This document shows, in pieces, positions 9,104 to 17,749 of a stretch of 45,768 bases of DNA. How positions within the stretch are numbered: the stretch's first letter is position 1; each line of letters starts with the position of its first letter. Made by a program: the position numbers and the translations under genes. The DNA comes from Bdellovibrionota bacterium (GTDB lineage Bacteria > Bdellovibrionota_C > UBA2361 > OMIW01), in contig JBIJBT010000012.1 of assembly GCA_044345055.1 (NCBI GenBank), positions 1-45,768 of the forward strand. Reading direction: 5' to 3'. A model generated the notes under the pieces. That model worked only from the letters and a program-made list of their open reading frames with translations, ran no database searches and was not told where the DNA came from.

Positions 9104-11348
9104 ATTGGTTCGACTTTTAATTGAGGTAGACGGCTGCGTTCAAGGTGTAGGATTTCGCCCATTCGTTTACCGATTGGCGCAACTGTATGGGCTCGCGGGT
9201 AGCGTACGAAACAGGATCGATGGGGTTACTGTCGAGGTCGAAGGGAGCAAAAGCAAAACGGAGCAGTTTCTATTGTCTCTTCGGACAGAGTCTTTAGTAG
9301 GTTCCTCGGTCCAAGCGTTACGCACCTCTCAGACTCGGCCTCTCGGTCAGGAGGGATTTCATATAGCTGCGAGTATCGGCGGAGACTTAGCGACTCGCTT
9401 TATTCCCGTCGATCGGGCGCCGTGTGAAGAGTGCCTCTTAGAGCTATCGAACCCCACCGATCGTCGATTCCGGTATCCCTTTATAAGCTGTTCTTCGTGC
9501 GGGCCGCGCTTCACGATTATGAGGGAAACTCCTTTCGATAGAGATAAAACGTCTCTTAACTTGTTTCCGCTCTGTTATCAGTGTCGTGCTGAATATGATG
9601 ATCCAAATAATCGAAGATTTCACGCTCAGACGATAGGCTGTCACTCGTGCGGTCCAAAAATTTGGATATCATCTCCCGAGGGTGACACGATAGCTGACGG
9701 AAATGAGGCTATTGAAGCTGCCGCTGAAGCCCTTTGTGCAGGGCGCTGTGTTGCAATAAAGGGAATTGGCGGATTTCACCTGCTTTGTGATGCTCGGTGT
9801 GACTCTGCTGTTGAACTTTTGCGTGTTCGAAAGAATCGAGGAAATAAGCCCTTTGCAGTGCTTTATCCGAGCCTTGATCGAATTGTTTATGATTGCATCG
9901 TTTCGCCAGAGGAGGAGGCGCTTCTTACCGACGCAAGGACACCAGTGGTACTTCTTGAAGCCCGTAGGCCAAATTTTCTCTCTTCGCATGTTTCATCTTC
10001 ATCTCGTTACATCGGGGCCATGCTGGCAAGCTCGCCACTTCATCGGCTTTTACTTGATCGGATTAGTTTTCCTATTGTTGCTACAAGTGGCAATCGATCT
10101 GGTAATCCAGTTTGTGCTGAAAATAGAGAAGCATTGCTTCAGCTGCGGGGAGTTGCGGATCTATTTTTGCTGCATAATCGTATAATTGAGAATCCATGCG
10201 ACGACTCAATTATTCAGCTTGTTGAAGGTGCTCCGATCGTTCGGCGACTTGGAAGGGGATTTTCGCCATTAGTGATTCAGGCGAAAGGGGTGAGTGAATC
10301 ACCGACATTAGGTGTTGGTGGACTACTGAAGAGCACTGTCTCTTACGGGCAAGCTGGAGAAATTATCGTTGGCCCTTATCAAGGCGCTCTCGATTCTCCA
10401 GAAGTTGCTGTAAGAAGAGAGCGATTTATTCAGCTTATTTCTCCAAGATTTAGAACCGAGCCTTCGAGACTTAGCTTTGATCTTCATCCCGATGTTCAAG
10501 CACATTTTTCAGATGCATCACCGTATTACCCTATCCAACATCACCGGGCGCATAGCTGGTCTCTTATAGCTGAAAAGAGAGTTCCACTTCCCGTATCAGC
10601 GGTTGTATTTGATGGCTCTGGTTATTCACCAGATGGGACCGTCTGGGGTGGGGAATGGTTTAATATATCCCAAAAAAAAGAGGAGCGGAGGTTCTATTTG
10701 AAGCCGTTTTTCCTGATTGGAGGAGACACAGCGGTGCAATACCCCGAGCGGATCGCTGCTGCATTATGGTACCAGACGCTCGGTGATGACGCATACGAAA
10801 CGAGAATATGGCAGCGACTCCATGAGTCAGATCTATTGTGGAAACTTATTACATCAGGAACTCACTGCATTCTTACATCGAGTATGGGGAGATTATTTGA
10901 TGGAGTCTCATCTGCTCTTGAATTGTGTCACCGGAATACCTTTGAGGGCGAAGCAGCGATGATGCTTGAAAATGAATCGCTCGATGGATCGGGTGGTCCA
11001 TATCCAATTGATGTGGGGGATTTCGGAGCAATTGATTTAGCTCCTATGATTCGTGCGGTTGATTCAGACTTGTGTGCAGATGTGTCGCGAGCCAATATCG
11101 CTCACCGATTTCACCAGTCAGTAATACAGCTCATCGTAAAATGTGCTCAAAGTATCGGAAATGAGCGGGTTCTACTGACTGGAGGGTGTTTTCAGAATAC
11201 GGTGCTTCTCTCGGGTGCGATTCGAAAATTGAGGGAGAGTGGATTTCTTCCTTATTGGAATAATTGTATTCCGTGCAATGACGAGGGTTTGTCAGTTGGT
11301 CAGGTTATGGTTGCTTCGAGTATCAGCCAACAGTTTAGTTTTTATTGA
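9096..11348 (+). CDS. hypF: Carbamoyltransferase HypF
   Basis: Acylphosphatase N-terminus GCVQGVGFRPFVY, Zn-finger CxxC pairs, KGIGGFHL, TSGN, QHHRAH, TSSMGRLFD and TGGCFQN. Confidence 0.95.
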   Translation: MDELVRLLIEVDGCVQGVGFRPFVYRLAQLYGLAGSVRNRIDGVTVEVEGSKSKTEQFLLSLRTESLVGSSVQALRTSQTRPLGQEGFHIAASIGGDLATRFIPVDRAPCEECLLELSNPTDRRFRYPFISCSSCGPRFTIMRETPFDRDKTSLNLFPLCYQCRAEYDDPNNRRFHAQTIGCHSCGPKIWISSPEGDTIADGNEAIEAAAEALCAGRCVAIKGIGGFHLLCDARCDSAVELLRVRKNRGNKPFAVLYPSLDRIVYDCIVSPEEEALLTDARTPVVLLEARRPNFLSSHVSSSSRYIGAMLASSPLHRLLLDRISFPIVATSGNRSGNPVCAENREALLQLRGVADLFLLHNRIIENPCDDSIIQLVEGAPIVRRLGRGFSPLVIQAKGVSESPTLGVGGLLKSTVSYGQAGEIIVGPYQGALDSPEVAVRRERFIQLISPRFRTEPSRLSFDLHPDVQAHFSDASPYYPIQHHRAHSWSLIAEKRVPLPVSAVVFDGSGYSPDGTVWGGEWFNISQKKEERRFYLKPFFLIGGDTAVQYPERIAAALWYQTLGDDAYETRIWQRLHESDLLWKLITSGTHCILTSSMGRLFDGVSSALELCHRNTFEGEAAMMLENESLDGSGGPYPIDVGDFGAIDLAPMIRAVDSDLCADVSRANIAHRFHQSVIQLIVKCAQSIGNERVLLTGGCFQNTVLLSGAIRKLRESGFLPYWNNCIPCNDEGLSVGQVMVASSISQQFSFY

Positions 11349-11427
11349 TCGAATCCCATTTAACAGTCTTATAAAGGTTTTTTGTTTTGATTTATATATG
11401 TTCTTCACAAGTGACGGAGAATTATTC

Positions 11428-11652
11428 ATGTGTCTTGCAGTCGCTGGAGTGATAGTGGCGGTAACAGATAATCATCCGCTTCGACGAACCGCTCGGGTTC
11501 TCTTTGGGTCTATCGAGCGGGAAATTAATATTTCATTTGTTCCTGAAGCGGTTGAAGGTGACTGGATACTCGTTCATGCAGGAGTGGCTATCTGCTCTGC
11601 CTTTAGGGATCCACAAGATCCTCAGTTCGAATGGACTAAGGATGGGGAGTAA
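11428..11652 (+). CDS. hypC: Hydrogenase chaperone HypC
   Basis: MCLAVAG N-terminus, GDWILVHAGVAI motif and GGAG RBS; the ORF-track start at 11239 is too long. Confidence 0.93.
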   Translation: MCLAVAGVIVAVTDNHPLRRTARVLFGSIEREINISFVPEAVEGDWILVHAGVAICSAFRDPQDPQFEWTKDGE

Positions 11653-11706
11653 GTAATAGAATTCTTGAGTAGTAAAGCGAGTCTGAAGTTCTGGAGGGAC
11701 GTTCTG

Positions 11707-12792
11707 ATGACCTTTGACGACTACTATAGGGATAGTGAAGTAGCGGAGAAAATAATAAGAGATATTTTCTCAGTCGCAACTCGGCAGTGGCGAATCATGG
11801 AGATTTGTGGTGGTCAAACACACGCATTCCTCCGAACTGGCATCGATCAACGTCTTACTGAGGTTGTTAAACTTATTCACGGACCCGGATGTCCTGTATG
11901 TGTTACATCGCCAGAAGTTATTGATAATGCAATATCTCTTACCCGCGATAGCTCGATTATACTCTGTTCTTTTGGAGATATGATTCGGGTTCCTGGGAAT
12001 CATCGGACATTGCGAGAAGCACGCGCACTAGGTGGAGCAGTTGAGGTTGTATATTCTCCACTCGATGCCCTTTCTTTTGCACGAAATAATCCCGATAAAG
12101 AGGTTGTTTTTTTTGGGATTGGATTTGAAACCACGGCACCAATAGTGGCATTAGCAATTCTTATTGCCGCATCCGAGCAGCTTAATAACTTCTCTGTTCT
12201 ATCATCTCACCTTCTTGTTCCTCCAGCACTAATTGAAATTCTCTCCTCAGCTGAGGCGGGAGTAGAGGGTATACTCGCTGCGGGGCATGTATGTGCTGTC
12301 ATGGGATATCACGATTATGCCTCGATTTCGCAGAGATTTCGAATTCCAATAGTGGTTACGGGATTTGAGGCTGTCGATCTTCTTCTTGGAGTTTATCGTT
12401 GTATCGTTCAGCTCGAAAGGGGAGAGTCAAAGGTTGAAAATCAGTATCAGCGAGTTGTAATCGCAGAGGGAAATAGGTCTGCGCGAGATGCTCTCTTAGA
12501 GGTGTTTGAAATTGATTCTCAGAGGTGGCGCGGATTTGGATCTATTGAGGCGAGTGGTTTAAAGATTCGTCTTCCATATCAAAAATATGATGCATTCGAA
12601 AAATTCTCACTCGCTCGTGATGCTGATGAGAAGCCGTCCGAATGTATCAGCGGCGCAATACTTCGGGGAATAAAAACACCTCTTGAGTGCCCCGCCTTTG
12701 GAAAAAAGTGCACACTCGACCATCCTCTTGGCGCAACCATGGTATCAGAAGAAGGGGCGTGTTCAGCTTATATGCACTATAAAATTGGGTAG
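11707..12792 (+). CDS. hypD: Hydrogenase maturation protein HypD
   Basis: MEICGGQTH, HGPGCPVCVT, GFETTAP and C-terminal GATMVSEEGACSAY; start placed at the ATG after GGAGG. Confidence 0.95.
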   Translation: MTFDDYYRDSEVAEKIIRDIFSVATRQWRIMEICGGQTHAFLRTGIDQRLTEVVKLIHGPGCPVCVTSPEVIDNAISLTRDSSIILCSFGDMIRVPGNHRTLREARALGGAVEVVYSPLDALSFARNNPDKEVVFFGIGFETTAPIVALAILIAASEQLNNFSVLSSHLLVPPALIEILSSAEAGVEGILAAGHVCAVMGYHDYASISQRFRIPIVVTGFEAVDLLLGVYRCIVQLERGESKVENQYQRVVIAEGNRSARDALLEVFEIDSQRWRGFGSIEASGLKIRLPYQKYDAFEKFSLARDADEKPSECISGAILRGIKTPLECPAFGKKCTLDHPLGATMVSEEGACSAYMHYKIG

Positions 12793-12796
12793 AATT

Positions 12797-13861
12797 ATGT
12801 GGATCTGTCCGACCGAATATCAAGGTGATGAAACAATAACTGTAGCTCATGGGGGAGGTGGTCGGTTAATGCATGAGCTATTGGCTGATATTATTGGGCC
12901 GATTCTTGACGATGAGGAGCTTTGTAAAAGTGATGACGCTGCAGTAATTCCTCAGGTATCAGGGGCACTCGCTCTAACGACTGATTCCTTTGTTGTACAA
13001 CCTCTCTTTTTTCCCGGGGGTGATATTGGTTCGCTTGCTATTCACGGCACGATTAATGATTTAGCGATGCGGGGTGCTCGACCGTTGTATATCACAGTTG
13101 GGTCGATCATTGAGGAGGGTTTACCCCGAAATACGCTGCTTTCGATATTTCGTTCCCTTGCATCAGCAGCACGTGAGAGTGGCGTTCGAGTCGTAGCGGG
13201 AGACACTAAAGTCGTTGAGCGGGGCAGGGGAGATAAGTTGTTTTTAAATACGACGGGGGTTGGCGTTGTCGAGACCGAGCTGCCTATCACTCCAACTCGG
13301 ATAGCTCCCGGGGATCGTATTATTATTAGTGGTGACATCGGTCGACACGCCATCGCAGTCATGGCGGCCCGAGCATCGCTTAACTTTCGGGAGCCGGTAT
13401 TAAGTGATAGTACTCCACTCTGGGCAACAGTTCGCACTCTCCTTGATACAGGATCCGATATCCATGCGATGCGCGATATCACCCGTGGCGGCCTCGCAGC
13501 AGTTCTAAATGAATGCTCTCAAATGGCTCGCTGCGATATTACCCTGGAAGAAGATGCTATTCCGATTACTCCGGCGGTTAGACATGCATCAGAACTCCTC
13601 GGTCTTGACCCGCTCCATTTGGCGTGCGAAGGACGATTCATTGTGGCGGTGAGTGAGGCTGATTCAGAATCCGTTCTTGAAGTGCTTAAAACGATTACCC
13701 CTGAAAATGGCCCCAGCATAATTGGTATCGTCAATCCGACCGTTGGTGACGGAGAAACTCCAACAAAACCAAGGCGTAATCGAGTTATTATGCGCACTCC
13801 TTTCGGTGGCGCACGGTATGTTGGTATTCCAACGGGAGAGGTATTGCCCAGGATATGTTGA
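12797..13861 (+). CDS. hypE: Carbamoyl dehydratase HypE
   Basis: HGGGG, TTDSFVVQPLFFPGGDIG, GDTKVV, MRDITRGG and the diagnostic C-terminal PRIC. Confidence 0.96.
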   Translation: MWICPTEYQGDETITVAHGGGGRLMHELLADIIGPILDDEELCKSDDAAVIPQVSGALALTTDSFVVQPLFFPGGDIGSLAIHGTINDLAMRGARPLYITVGSIIEEGLPRNTLLSIFRSLASAARESGVRVVAGDTKVVERGRGDKLFLNTTGVGVVETELPITPTRIAPGDRIIISGDIGRHAIAVMAARASLNFREPVLSDSTPLWATVRTLLDTGSDIHAMRDITRGGLAAVLNECSQMARCDITLEEDAIPITPAVRHASELLGLDPLHLACEGRFIVAVSEADSESVLEVLKTITPENGPSIIGIVNPTVGDGETPTKPRRNRVIMRTPFGGARYVGIPTGEVLPRIC

Positions 13862-13894
13862 TAGCGAATTTGGGTTGGTTAGGCAGATTACGAT

Positions 13895-13925
13895 GCCTCC
13901 CAAACCTCGGGGAGGTTGGGGAGGC
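13895..13925. terminator. Strong hairpin between convergent hypE and prkA, possible bidirectional terminator
   Basis: GCCTCCC-A-AACCTC-ggg-GAGGTT-G-GGGAGGC: 13 paired bases with 1 mismatch; no U-tract on either side. Confidence 0.55.
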
Positions 13926-13959
13926 GTTACACTGGGTGTAATCAAATAAGACTAGTACA

Positions 13960-16098
13960 CTAGGCTCCTCGGGCAAATATGCTGCCGACATATTCGAGAA
14001 CATCAGACGCGCTACGTTCGTTGTATCCGAAATCCCTTATGAGACGAGCTTTAACTATGTCGATCTTTTCCTGGGTATCTTTATCTACCGTCGTTTGAGT
14101 TATCTGAGAAAGACGAATAGTGTCCTTCTGATCCTCGAATAGTTTCTTTTCTAGAGCTTTTCGGAGACGCAGATTATGGGTGTAATCGAATCTTTTCCCT
14201 TCAAGAGATAGTGCACCGATTGAATTCATTATTTCGCTCCGAAAATCTCTCTTAGCGGCTTCGGAAACGGGCGGCTCTAATTTTTCTTCGATAGAGCGCA
14301 TTAAGCTTTCATTCGGCTCCTCTGGTTGTCCAGTAACTCTGTTGTTTACCTTCTGATGTTGAGTGTAAGCTTTAATATTGTCGATATAGTTCTCGCACAA
14401 TCGAGCAACTGAACCCTCGTCCGCAGCGATCGCCCGCTGCACCTCTGTCTTTATCAATTCGACATATTCTCCCCGAAGTTGAGAGAGGATATTCGAAAAT
14501 GCTTCTCGCTGTTTATCCGTCCGGCAGAGTCTATGCTCGGGAATTAACTTCTCTATTGCGGTAAGCATCATGAAGGGATTAACTCCATCTTCACGAGATG
14601 TATTTACTAATACCTCATTCAGAACATTCTGAATAAAGCGTGGCTCAATACCATCCATTCCCTCACGCTTTCCCATTTTTCGCATTTCAGCGACGCTCTC
14701 CTCGGTATAACCGGGTAGGAACGAACCATCATAAAGCTTTGCCTTTGCAGCAAGGGTGAGCCTTCCATCTTTCGGCTGCTCCAAGCGGGTCATAACGGCG
14801 AACATTGCCGCCATCTCAAGAGTGTGGGGCGCAAAATGTATACGTACGCTCGCCCGCTTATAGTCTCGCTCGTAAATGCGCATCTCGTCAGATATCTTGG
14901 TATTATACGGGACATCTATTTTCAGAGTTCTCGATTCAATCGCCTCCATTAGTTTATCATCTAAGAGTCGGTGATATTCCGGTTCGTTTGTATGACCAAG
15001 GATACAGACATCGATGTCGATCTGGGAGAATTTTTTTGGCTTAATACGACCTTCCTGAGATGCGGTGAGAAAGTCGTATAGAAACTCTTTTGGTAGCTTG
15101 AGCATTTCTACACACTCAAAACAGCCCCGATTTGAGACTATAAATTCACCATCAAAATTGAAGGCTCTAGGATCGGAATCAGAACCGTATACAGCGATCT
15201 TACGGTAGTTAACATCACCGGTCAGCTCGGTTGAATCGAGGTTCTTTTCATCTCTTGGTTGAAAGGTTCCAATACCTCGTCGATCCTGCTCAGATAGGAC
15301 AAGTCGTTTCACTACAACGTGTTCGAGAGCCTTTTCGATATCGCCTTCGTATCGTTCAAGATACTCCACTAATTTGAAACGAGACCATGGGTTAAGACCG
15401 CCCTTGAGAATAATGGGACGCTCAAGAGAAGGGTGATCATTAACTTTGTCAAGAAAAATACTTTTATCTGAATCTGGCAGAAGGTGAAGTGGGTCCTCAT
15501 TCATCGGACTCCATTCAATCGTACTCCCAGGTGTTTCCCGAAAACCAAAGGTGTACATTGCACCCTCATCTGTTCGGGAGTAATTTTCAAGTCCTCGCTT
15601 TATCTGACCAGCGATCGCGCTCTTTGCTGTTCCAACTGGACCGTGGAGTACTAGAAGTCGTTTATCAGCGCCGTATCCCTCAGCTGCGGCTTCAAAAAAT
15701 TTTACGATCTTCATGAGTGAACGATCGATCCCAAAGATAGCCTCCTTTCCGCCACGAGCACCGTCATCAAAGAAGTTGTAGTGGATTATCTTTGTTCTAT
15801 TATCAATTTTCTCAGAGGTCCCCTCGGCAATAATCATGTCAAAGATTCGTTGGTATGAATTTCGGGCGACCTGAGGATTTTGGCGCACGATGTCGAGATA
15901 CTCATCAAAAGATCCCTGCCACGAGATGGCGCGTTGTTCCTGTTGGTGGTTGGCAAGAGATGATTTTAGTGATTTAGCGAATCCTGTATCAAAGTCGCCT
16001 GTGTTCGCACTACTGGATTGTCGACCAGCGCCCTTAGGAAGTTGGTTTGAGCCTCTGTCAAAGGAGGAATCATTTGGTTGGGATGTAGGTGCTGGCAT
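13960..16098 (-). CDS. prkA: PrkA/YeaG family AAA+ serine protein kinase
   Basis: LHGPVGTAKS P-loop variant, GIGTFQPRDEKNLDSTELTG, YGSDSDPRAFNFDGEF, NRGCFECVEMLK, HTNEPEY and APHTLE. Confidence 0.93.
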   Translation of the reverse strand: MPAPTSQPNDSSFDRGSNQLPKGAGRQSSSANTGDFDTGFAKSLKSSLANHQQEQRAISWQGSFDEYLDIVRQNPQVARNSYQRIFDMIIAEGTSEKIDNRTKIIHYNFFDDGARGGKEAIFGIDRSLMKIVKFFEAAAEGYGADKRLLVLHGPVGTAKSAIAGQIKRGLENYSRTDEGAMYTFGFRETPGSTIEWSPMNEDPLHLLPDSDKSIFLDKVNDHPSLERPIILKGGLNPWSRFKLVEYLERYEGDIEKALEHVVVKRLVLSEQDRRGIGTFQPRDEKNLDSTELTGDVNYRKIAVYGSDSDPRAFNFDGEFIVSNRGCFECVEMLKLPKEFLYDFLTASQEGRIKPKKFSQIDIDVCILGHTNEPEYHRLLDDKLMEAIESRTLKIDVPYNTKISDEMRIYERDYKRASVRIHFAPHTLEMAAMFAVMTRLEQPKDGRLTLAAKAKLYDGSFLPGYTEESVAEMRKMGKREGMDGIEPRFIQNVLNEVLVNTSREDGVNPFMMLTAIEKLIPEHRLCRTDKQREAFSNILSQLRGEYVELIKTEVQRAIAADEGSVARLCENYIDNIKAYTQHQKVNNRVTGQPEEPNESLMRSIEEKLEPPVSEAAKRDFRSEIMNSIGALSLEGKRFDYTHNLRLRKALEKKLFEDQKDTIRLSQITQTTVDKDTQEKIDIVKARLIRDFGYNERSASDVLEYVGSIFARGA

Positions 16099-16263
16099 CG
16101 GGACTATCCGTAATTATAGACGGGAATCTGAGACTCGGCCGAGTATTATTCGAATCGAGTCAACGACATTAAGCGACGTCTGATCTCCTTGCACTGGGGC
16201 GCGCTGGCACTTCCTTAAATTCTGTCGTGAATTTTCAGGAATGGTTTACTGCTTGGAAGCGTC

Positions 16264-16317
16264 ACTACTGGTACTGCTAGAACTACTGGTACTACTGGAA
16301 CTACTTCAACTACTTTT
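16264..16317. repeat. Six tandem degenerate 9-bp units (ACTACTGGW-like)
   Basis: actactggt actgctaga actactggt actactgga actacttca actactttt. Confidence 0.9.
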
Positions 16318-16326
16318 TTCCGCTGA

Positions 16327-16352
16327 CTATCGGCGGATTAAAATCTTTTTTA
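16327..16352 (-). promoter_or_regulatory. Candidate sigma28 (FliA)-type promoter upstream of prkA
   Basis: The minus strand reads TAAA-N14-GCCGATAG, against the enterobacterial consensus TAAA-N15-GCCGATAA. Confidence 0.4.
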
Positions 16353-16426
16353 ATTACTACAAACATCTGTATTACCGTCTTTTCCCTGACATAAAATATC
16401 TCTACTAATGGAAACTACGGAAATAT

Positions 16427-17683
16427 TTATCGTCCACCTGAAAAGAATTTCTTTATAGCATCGAGAATCTTGGTGTCATCTGCAATCGGGGTTTGGACAA
16501 AATTCTCAGCTGAATTAAATGAATTTTGTAAAGTTTTATAGAATCCTTGTGTTTCAGCACTTGGAGGGGTTCGTGAACTCTGAAAAGGTATCTGGCCGTA
16601 GGCAACCTGATTAAAGAAGGGAAGAATCTGTTCCTTCAATAGATCGGTGCACACCGAATCATCCTTTTCGTCATAGTTGTCACCATCTGAAAACTGGAAC
16701 AGGTATCGATTCCATTGAGAAGCAGGGAAACGCTCTGCTACTTTTAGGACCTCTTTATAAGCAGAAGATATTTTTGTTCCACCGTTTGCATTTATCGAGA
16801 AAAATTCCTCTTCTGTTACCTCTTTAGCTTTTTCATCATGAATAATGAATACCCGTTCAACTCCTTGATACTGTCTCTGGAGCCAGAGGTCGATCCAAAA
16901 AGCGACCTTCCTCGCGATCTCTTTTTGACCGCTATTCATCGAATATGAAACATCCATTACGTAGATGATACAGGCGTTAAATTCCGGTCTTGGTTCTGGT
17001 TTGAAGGCTTTGTAACGAAAATCTTCTCGTTCGGGGATAATAACTGGATTGTCTGGGTCGTACTCTCCGCTGGATAGTGATCGTTTAAGTGCTTCTTTAA
17101 AGGTCCGACGGGTATGTCTTAGTGCTTGGGGGCCGTGGCGAGATATAGTAGTGTAGCGACCCTTATCAGATGAGATCTTTTGGTCGCCTTTTGGCTCAAT
17201 TCTAGGAAGCTGAAGCTTTTCACCGATCATGTCGGCAAATTGCTCGATTGTTACCTCTTCATAAATATGATTTCCCTCACCTTCTCCCGCTTCTTGTCCC
17301 TTTCCCTGTCCTGGCTTCGAGCCGGATCCCTTTTTTCCTTTTCCGCGGCTGATCGATTCTCCTGGTTCACCATCTCCCTGTCCGACTCCCTCCCCGTTTG
17401 CTGATTGGGTTTGAAAATGCGGGTTGTCGATCCGGGGTAGCGGAATCTTGATGATATCATTCCCTTTTTGGGCAATTATCTCATCCTGAGACATATACTT
17501 ACCGAGGTCTTCACGGATTTTGCCTCTCGCAATATCACGATATCGGGCTCGATCTGGCTGTATATCAATCCCAAATCCCGTGAGGGTAAGATAGGAAGGA
17601 GTGAAGGTTATGTCAGCCAGAGAACCACCCTCATTGTGAAATGGGTAATTCTCTGGCTGATTTAGTGAAGATAAGCGATCCAT
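16427..17683 (-). CDS. yeaH: YeaH/YhbH (DUF444) family vWA-domain protein
   Basis: Gly-rich linker GVGQGDGEPG, MIDAS elements MDVSYSM, GGTKISS and FSDGDN; lies between spoVR and prkA. Confidence 0.9.
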   Translation of the reverse strand: MDRLSSLNQPENYPFHNEGGSLADITFTPSYLTLTGFGIDIQPDRARYRDIARGKIREDLGKYMSQDEIIAQKGNDIIKIPLPRIDNPHFQTQSANGEGVGQGDGEPGESISRGKGKKGSGSKPGQGKGQEAGEGEGNHIYEEVTIEQFADMIGEKLQLPRIEPKGDQKISSDKGRYTTISRHGPQALRHTRRTFKEALKRSLSSGEYDPDNPVIIPEREDFRYKAFKPEPRPEFNACIIYVMDVSYSMNSGQKEIARKVAFWIDLWLQRQYQGVERVFIIHDEKAKEVTEEEFFSINANGGTKISSAYKEVLKVAERFPASQWNRYLFQFSDGDNYDEKDDSVCTDLLKEQILPFFNQVAYGQIPFQSSRTPPSAETQGFYKTLQNSFNSAENFVQTPIADDTKILDAIKKFFSGGR

Positions 17684-17749
17684 CAGATCCTTTATTCTAC
17701 GTTTTCTCGAGAGGTCAACCGTTCGGAGTATTCATGAACGAAAATAGAG

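Noticed and set aside
11239..11427. N-terminal extension of HypC in the ORF track (similar extensions on HypD, HypE, RfbD and LptD)
   Set aside because: Conserved N-termini and RBSs point to downstream starts, and HypC needs Cys at position 2.
16264..16317. 9-bp array as a CRISPR array or a Ser-rich minus-strand coding region
   Set aside because: No spacers, units too short and no cas genes; the Ser-rich frame is bounded by stops with no start.
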